Source of the DNA: a virus
DNA length: 64,000 nucleotides
IMG/VR virus record: IMGVR_UViG_3300037054_000044
Location: 21,206 to 85,205 of that record
Reading direction: 5' to 3' (one strand)
Both the position numbers and the translations under genes were made by a program. The notes beneath the pieces are model-generated. The model searched no databases, was not told where the DNA came from, and was given only the letters and a program-made list of their open reading frames with translations. This document shows positions 47,317 to 57,469 of this stretch, piece by piece (the stretch's first letter is position 1; every line of letters starts with the position of its first letter).

Positions 47317-48090
47317 CTAGTTAATGCGTGCTGATGTGAAGAACTGCTTCATTGCATCCGTATCAGTAGTGGTCACGTCCAGATAAGAGGCGAATGCGAA
47401 GATGTAGTTCGTATTGCCTCTGAACGTCAACAGCACTCCAAAGCGTATCTCTCTGTCGTTGTCAGGGTCTTTCGCAGAGATGACGGCTGCTAATGCAGGC
47501 TGACCCGATACTGTCACCACTTTCTGAGTGAGCACAGTGCCGTGGACTGCATCGCGGAAGCCTTCGAGACCGTTGTCATTATCCGCAACCACGAGAGCGA
47601 AGGGATAGTTACCGACAGCCACCATGTAGATGTCGCTATTCGGCAATGTAGCTTCATAGACAGTCTGGGTGTAGGCAATGCCCTTGTTGGTAGTGCCTGG
47701 AGTCGTAGCACCCTTCGACAAGGTGACCGGAGAATCAACCGTAAAACTATCGCTGTACTCGCGTAGTGACACTGTGCGAAGGCTCGGGTTGGTATTGCAC
47801 CCTGTCTGCACGTAGACACGATAGTTGAAGGTCTCGCCATAGGCGATGTCAAACGATTGACCGCCCGTGGTCTGCTGGCCATTCGTCGCGGATGCTGTGT
47901 AGGCACCAGGGTTGACAGGTTCGGTGCAGAAGCCACCGGGGATAACATCTCCCGTGCAAGCCGGATTACCATTCAGCATGAAGCGCAGGGTGCTGTCGGT
48001 CTGGTTGTAGAAGTTGACTTTCGTGCGACCGTCCTGAGCAAACATCAGGGTGGACGCCAGGAACAACAGTGTGATCAAAAACTTCTTCAT
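47317..48090 (-). CDS. Secreted two-domain protein (beta-sandwich plus PsbP-like)
   Basis: MKKFLITLLFLASTLMFAQ signal; C-terminal V.GQPA...YIF...MKQFFTSARI. Confidence 0.6.
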   Translation of the reverse strand: MKKFLITLLFLASTLMFAQDGRTKVNFYNQTDSTLRFMLNGNPACTGDVIPGGFCTEPVNPGAYTASATNGQQTTGGQSFDIAYGETFNYRVYVQTGCNTNPSLRTVSLREYSDSFTVDSPVTLSKGATTPGTTNKGIAYTQTVYEATLPNSDIYMVAVGNYPFALVVADNDNGLEGFRDAVHGTVLTQKVVTVSGQPALAAVISAKDPDNDREIRFGVLLTFRGNTNYIFAFASYLDVTTTDTDAMKQFFTSARIN

Positions 48091-48094
48091 TGTG

Positions 48095-48415
48095 TTATTT
48101 CTCCTTTTGAGTTGCGAAAGATTTGTGGTACTTTTTAGCTGCTTTGTCGTGAACTTGGGAGGCTTCCTTGGCAGTTGCAAAGTAGCCTAAGAAGTATTGT
48201 TTACTGCCTACTGCAATGTACACCTTCCATGGTTTCTTCCTATTACCTTGCGCTAGAGACACGCCTTTGAAACCAGAAGTGTTAAGAATTGAAATCCTAG
48301 CATTGTGAAAGTTAGATCGCATGGGGCTTGTCTTAGGCAAACCCCACGCTAGCCCATGGCCGCTAAGCCATGAGATGTTAAATCTCGATCTGTGCGTTCT
48401 TCTGTGCAACTTCAT
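48095..48415 (-). pseudogene. AP2-domain remnant of an HNH-AP2 endonuclease
   Basis: NTSGFKGVS..WKVYI..FLGYFAT..EA..HDKAA; no HNH motif and no clear start. Confidence 0.6.
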
Positions 48416-49292
48416 TCGTCTGTACAGATATAACCTGTGCAGTAGGTGCTTCGCTTAACGCTGCGGCTTCTTCTTCGGCTTCGGCTGCTTCTTGGTTCTG
48501 CAATTGCCCAGCCTGACGCCGTGCTTCCATATCCGCAACCATTTGTCCAAAGTCTGCGCGATCTTCAGGGCTCATAACCTTGAAGTCCTTGAAGCCCAGA
48601 GCAAATTGCCCACCTTTGATAGGCTGACTTGGGTAGATGGTGAAGGAGATTTGCCAGATTACGTCTGCAATGCTGGTTGGCATTGGAGTGTCCTTGCCTG
48701 CTCGGCGCTCTGCTTTGATATTTGCCAAGATCATCTGAAACAGTCTGGCAATGTTTTGCATTGCGTTCTCGAAGGACTTCACGCTCGTTCCGCCCACATT
48801 TAAGTAGTAAGGGGATTGCGTGTTGCGGTCTGCAATGAATAAGTGCCACACCTGCTTGCAGGCGGGAATCAGAGCCGAAAGGGCTTCTCCGGTTACGCCT
48901 TTGTCTTTTGCTTCCCTGTACTTCGCCCACATCAGGTCCCCAAATGGACAGGAAGCGCAGTACAAAGCTGGCGGGTTCTTAGCTTTCGCATGGGGTTGCA
49001 CCGAATCCAACGAAAAGCATTCCAGTGCTTCCCTAGAGTACTCTCCCTTGCGATATTTTTTCCTCTGCTGAGTAGGCTCTGTGAGGATTACCGCACGCAT
49101 TTCATCGAAGTGTTCATTGGTCTGTACCACGCGCAGTTTCCCTGCTTGTGCGCCCTCTTGCCTACTCGACTTGGATACTAGCTCAAGTGTGGCAGGCTTA
49201 AGAGTGAATAGGCGGGACAATGCGCTTGCCTTTTGTGCTACGATGAGCCCCTGCGGGGCTTTGTTTAGTACTGTAAGTTTTTCTTCTGACAT
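48378..49292 (-). CDS. Putative ssDNA-binding/recombination protein
   Basis: ECFSLD...CASCP...ACK; adjacent to exonuclease; acidic tail. Confidence 0.45.
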   Translation of the reverse strand: MSEEKLTVLNKAPQGLIVAQKASALSRLFTLKPATLELVSKSSRQEGAQAGKLRVVQTNEHFDEMRAVILTEPTQQRKKYRKGEYSREALECFSLDSVQPHAKAKNPPALYCASCPFGDLMWAKYREAKDKGVTGEALSALIPACKQVWHLFIADRNTQSPYYLNVGGTSVKSFENAMQNIARLFQMILANIKAERRAGKDTPMPTSIADVIWQISFTIYPSQPIKGGQFALGFKDFKVMSPEDRADFGQMVADMEARRQAGQLQNQEAAEAEEEAAALSEAPTAQVISVQTNEVAQKNAQIEI

Positions 49293-49295
49293 GTG

Positions 49296-50810
49296 TTAGT
49301 TCTCCATAGGAAGATTGAATGGTAATACAGTTTCAGTCTTGAATAAGGCTTTCAGCGCTTCGTTTGGTGCAGGTGGATTTTCCAATATCTTGACGAACGC
49401 GTCGAACGCCTCAGGACTAACCTTGATGTGCTCCGTCACCGCCATTGAGGTAGTTGCAGCGAGCGCTGGCGTCTCTTCGGCTGCTGTGCTCAGACTCAGT
49501 ATACCATTCGCTAAAGGTGTATCCTTCGACGTCAGTGTGGGTGTAATAGTAACCAACTGTGAAGATGTTTCGCTCAGTGGTTCCTGTGCTATCGGTAATG
49601 GTTTGTAACTCGGTTCTGTAGACGTACATGGTTTTCCTTTCTTCTCAGCCTTCAGTCGCTCACGCTCAGCTTTTGCTTCAGCTTTTATGCGAGCCTTCTC
49701 AGCTTCTTTCTCAATCTTCGCAGCAGCCTTGTCCAAAGCCTTCTGCAACTTATCCTGCTCTTTTTTTATCGCCTTTGCAGTCTCGCGTTGTTCTTTCTTC
49801 ACTGCGCGAATCGTGTTCTTCTGGCATTTCATGCGCTCCTTTACGCTGTCCACCAGCCGCGTGAGTGTGAGGCAGGCCAAGAATCCTTGGAAGTCCTCTT
49901 CATACTCACTAGGTGTCATGTGCCATGGTTCGAACTTCCCAGCCTCTTCTTCGCTCTTACCCAACCTGAGAATCCACGTGTCGAGGATGACCATCTCAGG
50001 ATGCTCTTCCATTTTAGCATGCTTGTACGAAGCCGTTTGGAAGAGGTATTCGATCTTCAGATAATTCGATGACTTCCAGTCGCATAGGGAGAGGCGATCA
50101 GTGAACGCCACCGGACAACAGGACTTGTCATTGCAGGAGTCACAGATTGCAAGGCCGTCCATTGTGCCTGCATAGTCGTGCTCCCTAGAATAAACCTTAG
50201 ACTCGGTTTCGATCCAGCGTACGTGGTGCGCGGACATCCAATTGAATCCACTGCGTGCGGCGTTCGCTGCCAGTTCATCCGTGGGAACATTGATTAGGCT
50301 CCTTACGATTTTCTCTGGGTCATTCGCCAGTGCATAGTTGATCGAATCCTCAAGGCACTTGTGTGCTATGTGTCCGATGTCCGACGCTTCATCTAACTTC
50401 TCTTTGTGTGCACCCTTTGCTTCGAGCGCAATGACTGTGAACTCTTCGAACGTCAGAGGCTTGATGCGGATGATGCCTTCGACCATTTCCGTTGGCATGA
50501 TGCGCAGCAATTTCTGGATCGCCATCTTCGCAGCCCATGGTGTCAGCATCATGGATTTATCAATTATTCCAACAACATTGGTTACGCCGTTTAGGCGTAT
50601 GAGATTGCCAAGTTCTCCTACCCTGTAATAGACGTGTTCCTCTGTGTCAAACCTGAGGGTAACTGCATCTCCATAGAAGTGATATTCCTCAGTTTTGTGC
50701 CCATGCCTTTGAATAAACGCCTCTAGGCTTCCAGCCGGGGAGGGCTGTAGCTCAGGTTCTACCTCGTCGGTAGGCCCAAACTTTTTCTGAATCAAATCGC
50801 TAAACGACAA
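49296..50810 (-). CDS. PD-(D/E)XK exonuclease
   Basis: GVTNVVG, GHIAH, E..VYS..YAGTMD, DWKSS, Q.ASY. Confidence 0.85.
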   Translation of the reverse strand: MSFSDLIQKKFGPTDEVEPELQPSPAGSLEAFIQRHGHKTEEYHFYGDAVTLRFDTEEHVYYRVGELGNLIRLNGVTNVVGIIDKSMMLTPWAAKMAIQKLLRIMPTEMVEGIIRIKPLTFEEFTVIALEAKGAHKEKLDEASDIGHIAHKCLEDSINYALANDPEKIVRSLINVPTDELAANAARSGFNWMSAHHVRWIETESKVYSREHDYAGTMDGLAICDSCNDKSCCPVAFTDRLSLCDWKSSNYLKIEYLFQTASYKHAKMEEHPEMVILDTWILRLGKSEEEAGKFEPWHMTPSEYEEDFQGFLACLTLTRLVDSVKERMKCQKNTIRAVKKEQRETAKAIKKEQDKLQKALDKAAAKIEKEAEKARIKAEAKAERERLKAEKKGKPCTSTEPSYKPLPIAQEPLSETSSQLVTITPTLTSKDTPLANGILSLSTAAEETPALAATTSMAVTEHIKVSPEAFDAFVKILENPPAPNEALKALFKTETVLPFNLPMEN

Positions 50811-51252
50811 CGCTTGCCCTTCTTTCTCGCTTCCAATCTCTGCGACATATTTTGCAATGCCTTCTTCCGTTCTTAACGTAGGCGTCCGCTAAGTCATGCC
50901 CACGTTTGCAAACCGTTGGATGAGCCTTGCGTGCCCTGCCTTTTGCAATGCAGTCCCTAACGTTCTCCAGTTGTGTACCAAGGAATAGGTGACTAAAGCG
51001 TGCGCATGGCGGATTGTCACACTTGTGTAGCACTTGCAGCGTAGGCCACTCCCCAGTGTGCAAGAACCAAGAAACGATGCTGGCTACTTTGTGTTTCCAT
51101 TCACCATTGATACGAACGTCCAGCATTCCATAGCCACCTTCTTTGGTCCATGCAGTCCACTCCCAGCAATCATCACCGAGGAGCACCTTGTTCCAAAACC
51201 TCTTGAACAGGTGCTCCTTTACCTCCACTTCGTTCAGTGTTCTTGGTGCCAC
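50800..51252 (-). CDS. HNH endonuclease
   Basis: RFWNKV..CWEW..VLHKCDNPPC..HLFLGT..N..D; CKRGH. Confidence 0.9.
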   Translation of the reverse strand: MAPRTLNEVEVKEHLFKRFWNKVLLGDDCWEWTAWTKEGGYGMLDVRINGEWKHKVASIVSWFLHTGEWPTLQVLHKCDNPPCARFSHLFLGTQLENVRDCIAKGRARKAHPTVCKRGHDLADAYVKNGRRHCKICRRDWKRERRASVVV

Positions 51253-51354
51253 AAAGTTTTCTCCTTAGGTTGGAATCGTTGGCCCACCTGTAGGCAGGAT
51301 CAGACCAACGCGCTTGCATGTCAGTCTGCTCCTCCCTCAGTGGTTTGCTGAGCA

Positions 51355-52227
51355 TTAGACTAGCTCCTCCGGTGCGAATAACGCATTGCCACCAACGGTG
51401 ATGCGCTCGACATGGGACGTGGGAATGTATGTGCAGGTCCACTCATCGGCGTATTCCTTGAGTTCAATAGGTGGATGCTGTAAGCCTCTGCCATCATCGA
51501 AACATTGTATCACGTCCGAAGCCAATCCTCCAATGTAACGGAAGGCATAGACTAGGGTGCCCTTCGCATCGGTAGTGCGGATGATCTTGTCATCACCCTC
51601 GGTCACCACTTCGGATTTGAAGCTACTCTTCGGCTGAGCATTGAGCCATGCACACATCTCCTCAGGTGTAGAGGGCTGCAGTTTGTGCGCCGTTGAAACC
51701 CTCACTTCGGAGTCGTACTCCATTTGCTGCCTGTCTTTGAATACGTCGTAGCCTATGGCTTCTGCTGTGGTGATGCGTCGAATGATGCCATCCGCACACC
51801 TTTCTTCTCCCGGCAGAATCTCCGCAGGTACGCTGGTACCACTGCTGACTGCTAGGCGATTGCTTAGGTTACGCACCTCGTCCACTTCCATGGTGAACTC
51901 GTTCAGTGCAACAATAGGTGACCCACAGAACGAACCTACAGCGCCGTCCCGTTGCATGTGATCTTCGTGCGCGTAGAGTAGGTCTAATTTTGGACTAGGG
52001 ATGTCCGCAGCATAGACAGGCAACTCTGGCATGCCTTGCCAATGGAACGCCCTGAGTTTGCGATAGGACTTTCCCGGTGTGCCTGTGCGTTCGTCCCGCT
52101 CTAGTAGGCGGTCCAGATCGAACTTAACAATAGCTGGACCATCCGCTGAGCACAAGCTAGGCAGTTCTTCCTGTGCTGTATTGAACAAAACTGTACCGTC
52201 TTCATAGACGCTGTAGTTGTTGATCAC
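51355..52227 (-). CDS. Hypothetical protein
   Basis: 290 aa, coupled to the ParB-like gene. Confidence 0.6.
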   Translation of the reverse strand: MINNYSVYEDGTVLFNTAQEELPSLCSADGPAIVKFDLDRLLERDERTGTPGKSYRKLRAFHWQGMPELPVYAADIPSPKLDLLYAHEDHMQRDGAVGSFCGSPIVALNEFTMEVDEVRNLSNRLAVSSGTSVPAEILPGEERCADGIIRRITTAEAIGYDVFKDRQQMEYDSEVRVSTAHKLQPSTPEEMCAWLNAQPKSSFKSEVVTEGDDKIIRTTDAKGTLVYAFRYIGGLASDVIQCFDDGRGLQHPPIELKEYADEWTCTYIPTSHVERITVGGNALFAPEELV

Positions 52228-53606
52228 TTGCTCTCCTTTTTGATGCGGGGTTTAGTGCTGAGTGGTGGTAGGAACTGTGCTGCTACGAAGTCCAAATACC
52301 ATGTGCCTCTGGCAATGGCGGCTTGCCTAATGAGTTCTCGATCATTGGCGTTGAGTTCCCTACGGGACAGCGCCTTGACTTGCTCCTCCTCATCGCGCCG
52401 TTCCAACAGATGAATTATACGTATAGCCTCCCTACGGATAGGAAGGTACACGTCCTCCTGCTTCATTGCTACCTGCTTCTGCTTAACCTCCTCCACCTTT
52501 GCTTCGATAGCGGCTTTCTTTACCTCGAATGTCTCAGCCACCTTCTCAGCCTGTGCATCTTTCTCTGCAATGCGCTCCTTGATTTCCTTAGCCTTCTTTG
52601 CATCTGCTTCGCGTTTGGCTTCGGCTTCTTTCTTTACGAGCGCAACGCGTTCGTCTGCAAGTTTCTTCTCCTTGTCACGCTGCTCGGCTTGGATGCGCAA
52701 TGCATCTGCATTGAGTTTCTTGATCTCTTCCGCAGTCTTAACTTTGCGGAGGATTGTACGCTCACGCTCTGCCTTGGCATCTGCTACGAACCTGCCAAGC
52801 TGTGACCAGTTCATCTCTTTAATCATCGCCGTGCTAATGGCTTTTACTTCGAGGAGGTACAGGGCGTCTAACGCTGTGCGAGTGTTGGCGTCTGCGTTAC
52901 CATTTTTATCGCTGCGTCCAAGATAAGAGGCAATGCTACGGACGGTGTAGGGTTGGCCTTTTGCATTAGTCTCTTGTGAATTGTGACACGCAAACGACGG
53001 AGCATAACGTAGGTCTTCTAATGCTCCAGTTTGTATGTATTTTCCCTTCACAGCGTCTCTGTAAGCCTGTGCAGCCTCTTCCCTTGTTGGGAAGATTCCT
53101 AGGTATTCTTGCTTGCCTCCAGAGTTTGCGTAGGACTTCCAAGACTCACCGCACTTTGTGGTTCCCTTGTACCTCTCTGGGTCACCCTCGGGTGGAAGCG
53201 TGCCATCTTCTACGCGATAGAACGGCACAATCCGCCCAGCAGCCAGAGCATTGACCACTGCTTTGCAGGACTCTAATAGTGACAGAGGACAATAGCGGTA
53301 GTCCTCTTGATTCTCCAGTTCCATCATCTTGAGCATCATGTTCTCATCAAGGTCACGCACTACGAAGTCGGCCTCCTTGATGCCGCTACGCCGTGCTGCT
53401 TCGATGCGATGATGACCATAGGCTTGCTCATAGCCCTTTCCATCGGGAGCCTTCCGTACGATGACGTTGGTCCAGAACCCTGTCTCTCCAATGGACGCCA
53501 TCAGTGCGGTGATCTTCTCCTCGTTGAATGGGTTGAACTTCAGATCACGATTCGGATTCGGGCGAATATCACTCAGCTTGATGTTCACTAGCTTCTCCTG
53601 TGGCAT
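52224..53606 (-). CDS. ParB/Srx-like protein with inserted AP2 domain and coiled coil
   Basis: IRPNP.R, SI.ETG, YGHHRIEAA, ENQ; internal YKG..W..YLGIF.T.EEAAQAY. Confidence 0.75.
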   Translation of the reverse strand: MPQEKLVNIKLSDIRPNPNRDLKFNPFNEEKITALMASIGETGFWTNVIVRKAPDGKGYEQAYGHHRIEAARRSGIKEADFVVRDLDENMMLKMMELENQEDYRYCPLSLLESCKAVVNALAAGRIVPFYRVEDGTLPPEGDPERYKGTTKCGESWKSYANSGGKQEYLGIFPTREEAAQAYRDAVKGKYIQTGALEDLRYAPSFACHNSQETNAKGQPYTVRSIASYLGRSDKNGNADANTRTALDALYLLEVKAISTAMIKEMNWSQLGRFVADAKAERERTILRKVKTAEEIKKLNADALRIQAEQRDKEKKLADERVALVKKEAEAKREADAKKAKEIKERIAEKDAQAEKVAETFEVKKAAIEAKVEEVKQKQVAMKQEDVYLPIRREAIRIIHLLERRDEEEQVKALSRRELNANDRELIRQAAIARGTWYLDFVAAQFLPPLSTKPRIKKESK

Positions 53607-53805
53607 GGGTCTCCTCTATCGTACCGAAAGATAGTGTTGCTGTTGCTGTGGAGAATCTTTGGGCTTTTAGCCCTTTCTGTTTCATCAAATCACGCGCTGC
53701 TGCTCCCATGGCGGCTCCCCAATTGCTACCGCGCCCTCTGCCTTGCTGACGGCAACGGGAACCTCGTAATTCAGGGAACAAGGCAGAGATGGTCACTACT
53801 CTCAT
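53569..53805 (-). CDS. Hypothetical protein
   Basis: AAAGGAG RBS; upstream TGGTATAAT. Confidence 0.55.
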   Translation of the reverse strand: MRVVTISALFPELRGSRCRQQGRGRGSNWGAAMGAAARDLMKQKGLKAQRFSTATATLSFGTIEETHATGEASEHQAE

Positions 53806-53840
53806 TGGACGCTCCTTTGACTCCTATGATTATACCACAC

Positions 53841-54158
53841 TCACCACAACCCATCGAACGCACCCGCTTTGGCAAGGCGTAGCATGCGCTTGTCGAACTG
53901 CCAGCCATGCCCCATGCAGTGTGGCTTTTCAACATGCAACATCTCATGCAGAACAACCTGCATAGTCATGGCTTGGAACCTGCGTAGCTTCTCCGTTACC
54001 CATATCTCTATGGCCACATCATTACCATCTACCCAAGTTTTGCCCACGTCGCGCATCTTGGCGAACCGCATGGGTATATCTTTGGGCAAAGCGTTGCGGA
54101 AGTACTCGGCATTCGCCCAGCAGTAGTAACTCCGCAGGTGCGCATTAGTCTGCCTCAC
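53841..54158 (-). CDS. SprT-like zinc metallopeptidase
   Basis: N..YF...LP; VVLHEMLH; HG..F. Confidence 0.75.
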   Translation of the reverse strand: MRQTNAHLRSYYCWANAEYFRNALPKDIPMRFAKMRDVGKTWVDGNDVAIEIWVTEKLRRFQAMTMQVVLHEMLHVEKPHCMGHGWQFDKRMLRLAKAGAFDGLW

Positions 54159-54541
54159 AGCGTCACCTCCTCGGGTATTCCCTCTGCGTTGTAGAACCAT
54201 ACCCTGCGCACTCCCGCTAGGCGTGCCAGAGCCATGCAGTTCGCACAGGGTTTGCTGCACCCTAGCGTACCGTCTTCCCTACGACGTGCCACATACAACG
54301 TCATTCTGCTTAGCACATCGTAATGCTGGCGTCGAACTAAGGCGCAGTGCTCTGCGTGAAGTGAGCGGCAGAACACATCGTTGTTGTCAGACGCAGGGTG
54401 CGTACTCCACTTGTTTGCGCCGATGCTGAGCAAGCGACTGCCTGCCATCAAGCACGCACCGAGTCTGAGCCCTGTTCTCGGTGCGTTGCTCAGCAATGAC
54501 GCGGCAAGTGCAATGGACATGCCACGATCAACCTGACTCAC
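54155..54541 (-). CDS. Zinc-dependent cytidine/dCMP deaminase-fold protein
   Basis: LHAEH...SKPCANC. Confidence 0.85.
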   Translation of the reverse strand: MSQVDRGMSIALAASLLSNAPRTGLRLGACLMAGSRLLSIGANKWSTHPASDNNDVFCRSLHAEHCALVRRQHYDVLSRMTLYVARRREDGTLGCSKPCANCMALARLAGVRRVWFYNAEGIPEEVTL

Positions 54542-54712
54542 TGTTCTTCCCCATCTAGGTAAGCGTCTGAATCGTTGCGTTGGTATGTATCGCCTTCTTG
54601 CTCATCCATGGTAGGGATACGCCCTCCATCCTTTCTCTTCCATGCTGGTCCATAAATATTAAGCAGGCAGTGGTCTGGTTCAAAACGTGGATTGTTTGCC
54701 ATGGTTCCCTCC

Positions 54713-55306
54713 TCAGGGTATGACGGTGAACGTTCGTCTTAATTTTATTCTGCTGATAACAGACTTGCTCACTTCGTACTGTTTGGCAAGTTCTACTCCT
54801 TTGGCACCTCTGTAACACGCTTCGCGTATCTCAACAACTTGAGGCACAGTCAAGGTAGAAACACTTCTACCTTTTATCACCATATCCTCCATGTTGGCTT
54901 GCCTAGCACCTTCGTACAGATGTGAAAAGCGTACGCATCTTGGGTTGTCGCACTTGTGGCAGATGTCTTTTCTTGACCACTTACCCGTCTCCAAAAACCA
55001 TGCGACACAGTAATCGGCCTCTTCTTTGTTGCCTACGTATATGCTCAACCTTATGGCTTTACTGTTCGACGTTCTTTCCCAGCAGCGAGTACCTTCAATG
55101 CTCGGCCATATGTGCATAGCCTCTGCGCTTGGCAATGGTCCTTGTTTATTGATTGTGAACCAAAAGCGATTTGCAAAAGGCACAGCACCGTTGTGTCCGC
55201 TGATAAAGCGTAGTGGTTGCCCCTTTACTGCTCCCTGTTTGACTCTGGTGTGCGTGGCAATCGGAGCAGGGTTGCCACATCCACACTCGCATAGTTGCGT
55301 GCTCAT
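54713..55306 (-). CDS. HNH endonuclease
   Basis: CECGCG; ICHKCDNPRCV..HLYEG..N..DM; C-terminal HTH. Confidence 0.88.
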   Translation of the reverse strand: MSTQLCECGCGNPAPIATHTRVKQGAVKGQPLRFISGHNGAVPFANRFWFTINKQGPLPSAEAMHIWPSIEGTRCWERTSNSKAIRLSIYVGNKEEADYCVAWFLETGKWSRKDICHKCDNPRCVRFSHLYEGARQANMEDMVIKGRSVSTLTVPQVVEIREACYRGAKGVELAKQYEVSKSVISRIKLRRTFTVIP

Positions 55307-55617
55307 GGTATCACTCTACTGATGGGCCTATGTACTTCTCTGCCTTCCCTATATTCCCGTGCGACTTGTCCTAGCGATACCGTGGGTTCCTGCTCATTGT
55401 CAAAGTCCGACAATGGGCGCTCACCCTGCGCACTCGTTTCGCCTCCGCTTGGCAATAGGCTTTGTTCATCGCCTAGCGCATGCGGTGCGGCGTGCTCAGG
55501 GTGCCCACTCATGGCGAAGGAATTCACCATGGTAGGCGGGGAGATGGAACCACCAGTCTGCGCATGACTCAGGTAGCATAGGAACAGCAATGCGATCAGC
55601 GATGCTAGAAACTTCAT
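55303..55617 (-). CDS. Secreted hypothetical protein
   Basis: Signal peptide; SLGQVAREYR motif. Confidence 0.6.
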   Translation of the reverse strand: MKFLASLIALLFLCYLSHAQTGGSISPPTMVNSFAMSGHPEHAAPHALGDEQSLLPSGGETSAQGERPLSDFDNEQEPTVSLGQVAREYREGREVHRPISRVIP

Positions 55618-56496
55618 TCTGCCTCCTTCGTTTTGCAATCAGGGCACAGGTGCACTTCCAGTTCCCGCGCTGTGTCCTTGCCTGCGGTTGTTTTCCAGTA
55701 AAGGTTGACTCCACACCGTAGCGGTACGCCCGTCACTTTGAACGCACCGTTGTATGCTTTTCCACAGCCTGCCATGTTAGCCCTCCTGCTCTCCTATGTA
55801 GTCTGCCAGCACACTTTCCGCGTCAGCTTCGTAGCCTTTCCATGACCACGTGCCGTCTTTGAACTGCGTGTAACCTTGGGACAGGAGCCATGCTTTTGCT
55901 TTGGCTTCTGGTGTCATGCGGTCACCTTCTTCCATGTTCTGGTTTCCGCATTGAACTGCTGCGCGGGACGGCCTAGCTTCTTCGCCTTCTGCCACTCCTC
56001 GCACTCGCGGTACTTCTTCTTAGAGTTGTCTTTCTTCTTCGCTGCAAGTCCCACGGGTCTCGCCATGTTATTTTCTCCTCCAGATGTTTTTGAATTGGTG
56101 CAACCACAGCCGCCATCCAACGAGGATGGTGACTCCAGCAACAGCGGCTTCGGTGCATATCACACACATGCTAACTCCTCCTCGAATCGCATGGTGCACA
56201 CTTCATTGTCGTGCACCATGTGGTGCTTCTTGCACTCGGGGCAGAAGTTGCTCTCCAAAGCCGCAGATGCGCGTGAGTACTCAAGGTTATTGAATGCGTT
56301 GGATATCAGCTTGTGCATGCGCACGTTTACCCATTCCGAGTTTCCTGAGTAGTGTTCCCATATCATCCTGTCCCGCCATTGACAGATGCTTTCAAGCATT
56401 AGTAGATTCCTCCTGTTATCCAGCGTTCGAAAATGCAAAGCCACCACAACATATTTATAATACCCAGAGTTATTGCTAACTCGGCTGCCATGCGTT

Positions 56497-56781
56497 TCAT
56501 CGGTGGTCCTCCAGCGCATAGATTGCTTCGCACTCATCTATACTCTTACGCTCTGCAAGTGACATAGTACTAGCGCTGCCAAGGCTGTCCAGAGCATTGC
56601 GCAATCGCGTGCGTGCTTCTGAGCCATACTCCTGTGCTTCCTGCGCGGTCACCAGTCGCGCCCAGCGTACGCCAATTCCGTTGCAGGCAGGGCACGAAAG
56701 CCCAAACTTTAAATCATACAGGAACCCACAGGAACTACATTGTGCCTGTATATGCGGTACATCATTGTCGTCTATTCGCAT
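56497..56781 (-). CDS. Hypothetical zinc-ribbon protein
   Basis: CSSC..CPAC. Confidence 0.5.
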   Translation of the reverse strand: MRIDDNDVPHIQAQCSSCGFLYDLKFGLSCPACNGIGVRWARLVTAQEAQEYGSEARTRLRNALDSLGSASTMSLAERKSIDECEAIYALEDHR

Positions 56782-57103
56782 GGCTTACTCCAGAAGAACA
56801 ACAAGGCATCCACAACCATAACAAAGCCAATAGTCAGGCCCACGCTAGCGGCTGTCCATAGAAACGAAAACATGAAAGTGACTAGCATTGCGGATTCTCC
56901 TTTGTTTCAATCACCGTGCGTACGATGTCCTCGGCAACTTCTCTTGTGATCCCTCGGCTCTTCTCATGGCGTTGCACAAGGGCATTAACCCTTTCTTCAA
57001 AACGCCACTTTGGATCACTCCAGTCTATGTCCATGATGTCCTCCTTGGTGCGAGCAATAAAGCGCACGGCGTACAAGTTCGTGCGCTTGATGCTTACACT
57101 AGA

Positions 57104-57469
57104 CTACTGGCACGCTCCCACTGTAGTGGTGAAGAAGTAGTGCAAGTGGAAAGCTGCTGACTGGTCAATGGAGTTGATGCGACCAACATACACTGTGCCA
57201 CCGACAGGCACGGTCACACGTTTTCCATCTAACTGTCCGTTGTACATATTGTACGTGTGGTTCGCATCGGGATCAACTGTGATCAGGACACAGACATCCT
57301 GATTTGCACTCGTCGCAAACATGTCAATGCTGCGACCTACCACCTGCACAGTCACGGCAATGCCATTGCTCACTGCGTCGTTGTGGTACGAAGGGTCAGT
57401 GCGCTGCGCAACAGCGAACATGGAGCAGCACAGCAGAGCGAGTACGGCTAATGTTGAGCGTAGTTTCAT
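57104..57469 (-). CDS. Secreted hypothetical protein
   Basis: Signal peptide, AAAGGAG RBS. Confidence 0.6.
   Translation of the reverse strand: MKLRSTLAVLALLCCSMFAVAQRTDPSYHNDAVSNGIAVTVQVVGRSIDMFATSANQDVCVLITVDPDANHTYNMYNGQLDGKRVTVPVGGTVYVGRINSIDQSAAFHLHYFFTTTVGACQ

Noticed and set aside
51260-51312. Fifth copy of the pseudoknot leader ahead of the HNH at 51252
   Set aside because: A hairpin and an AACCT linker are present on the - strand, but the 4-nt loop gives only about 3 bp with the SD region.
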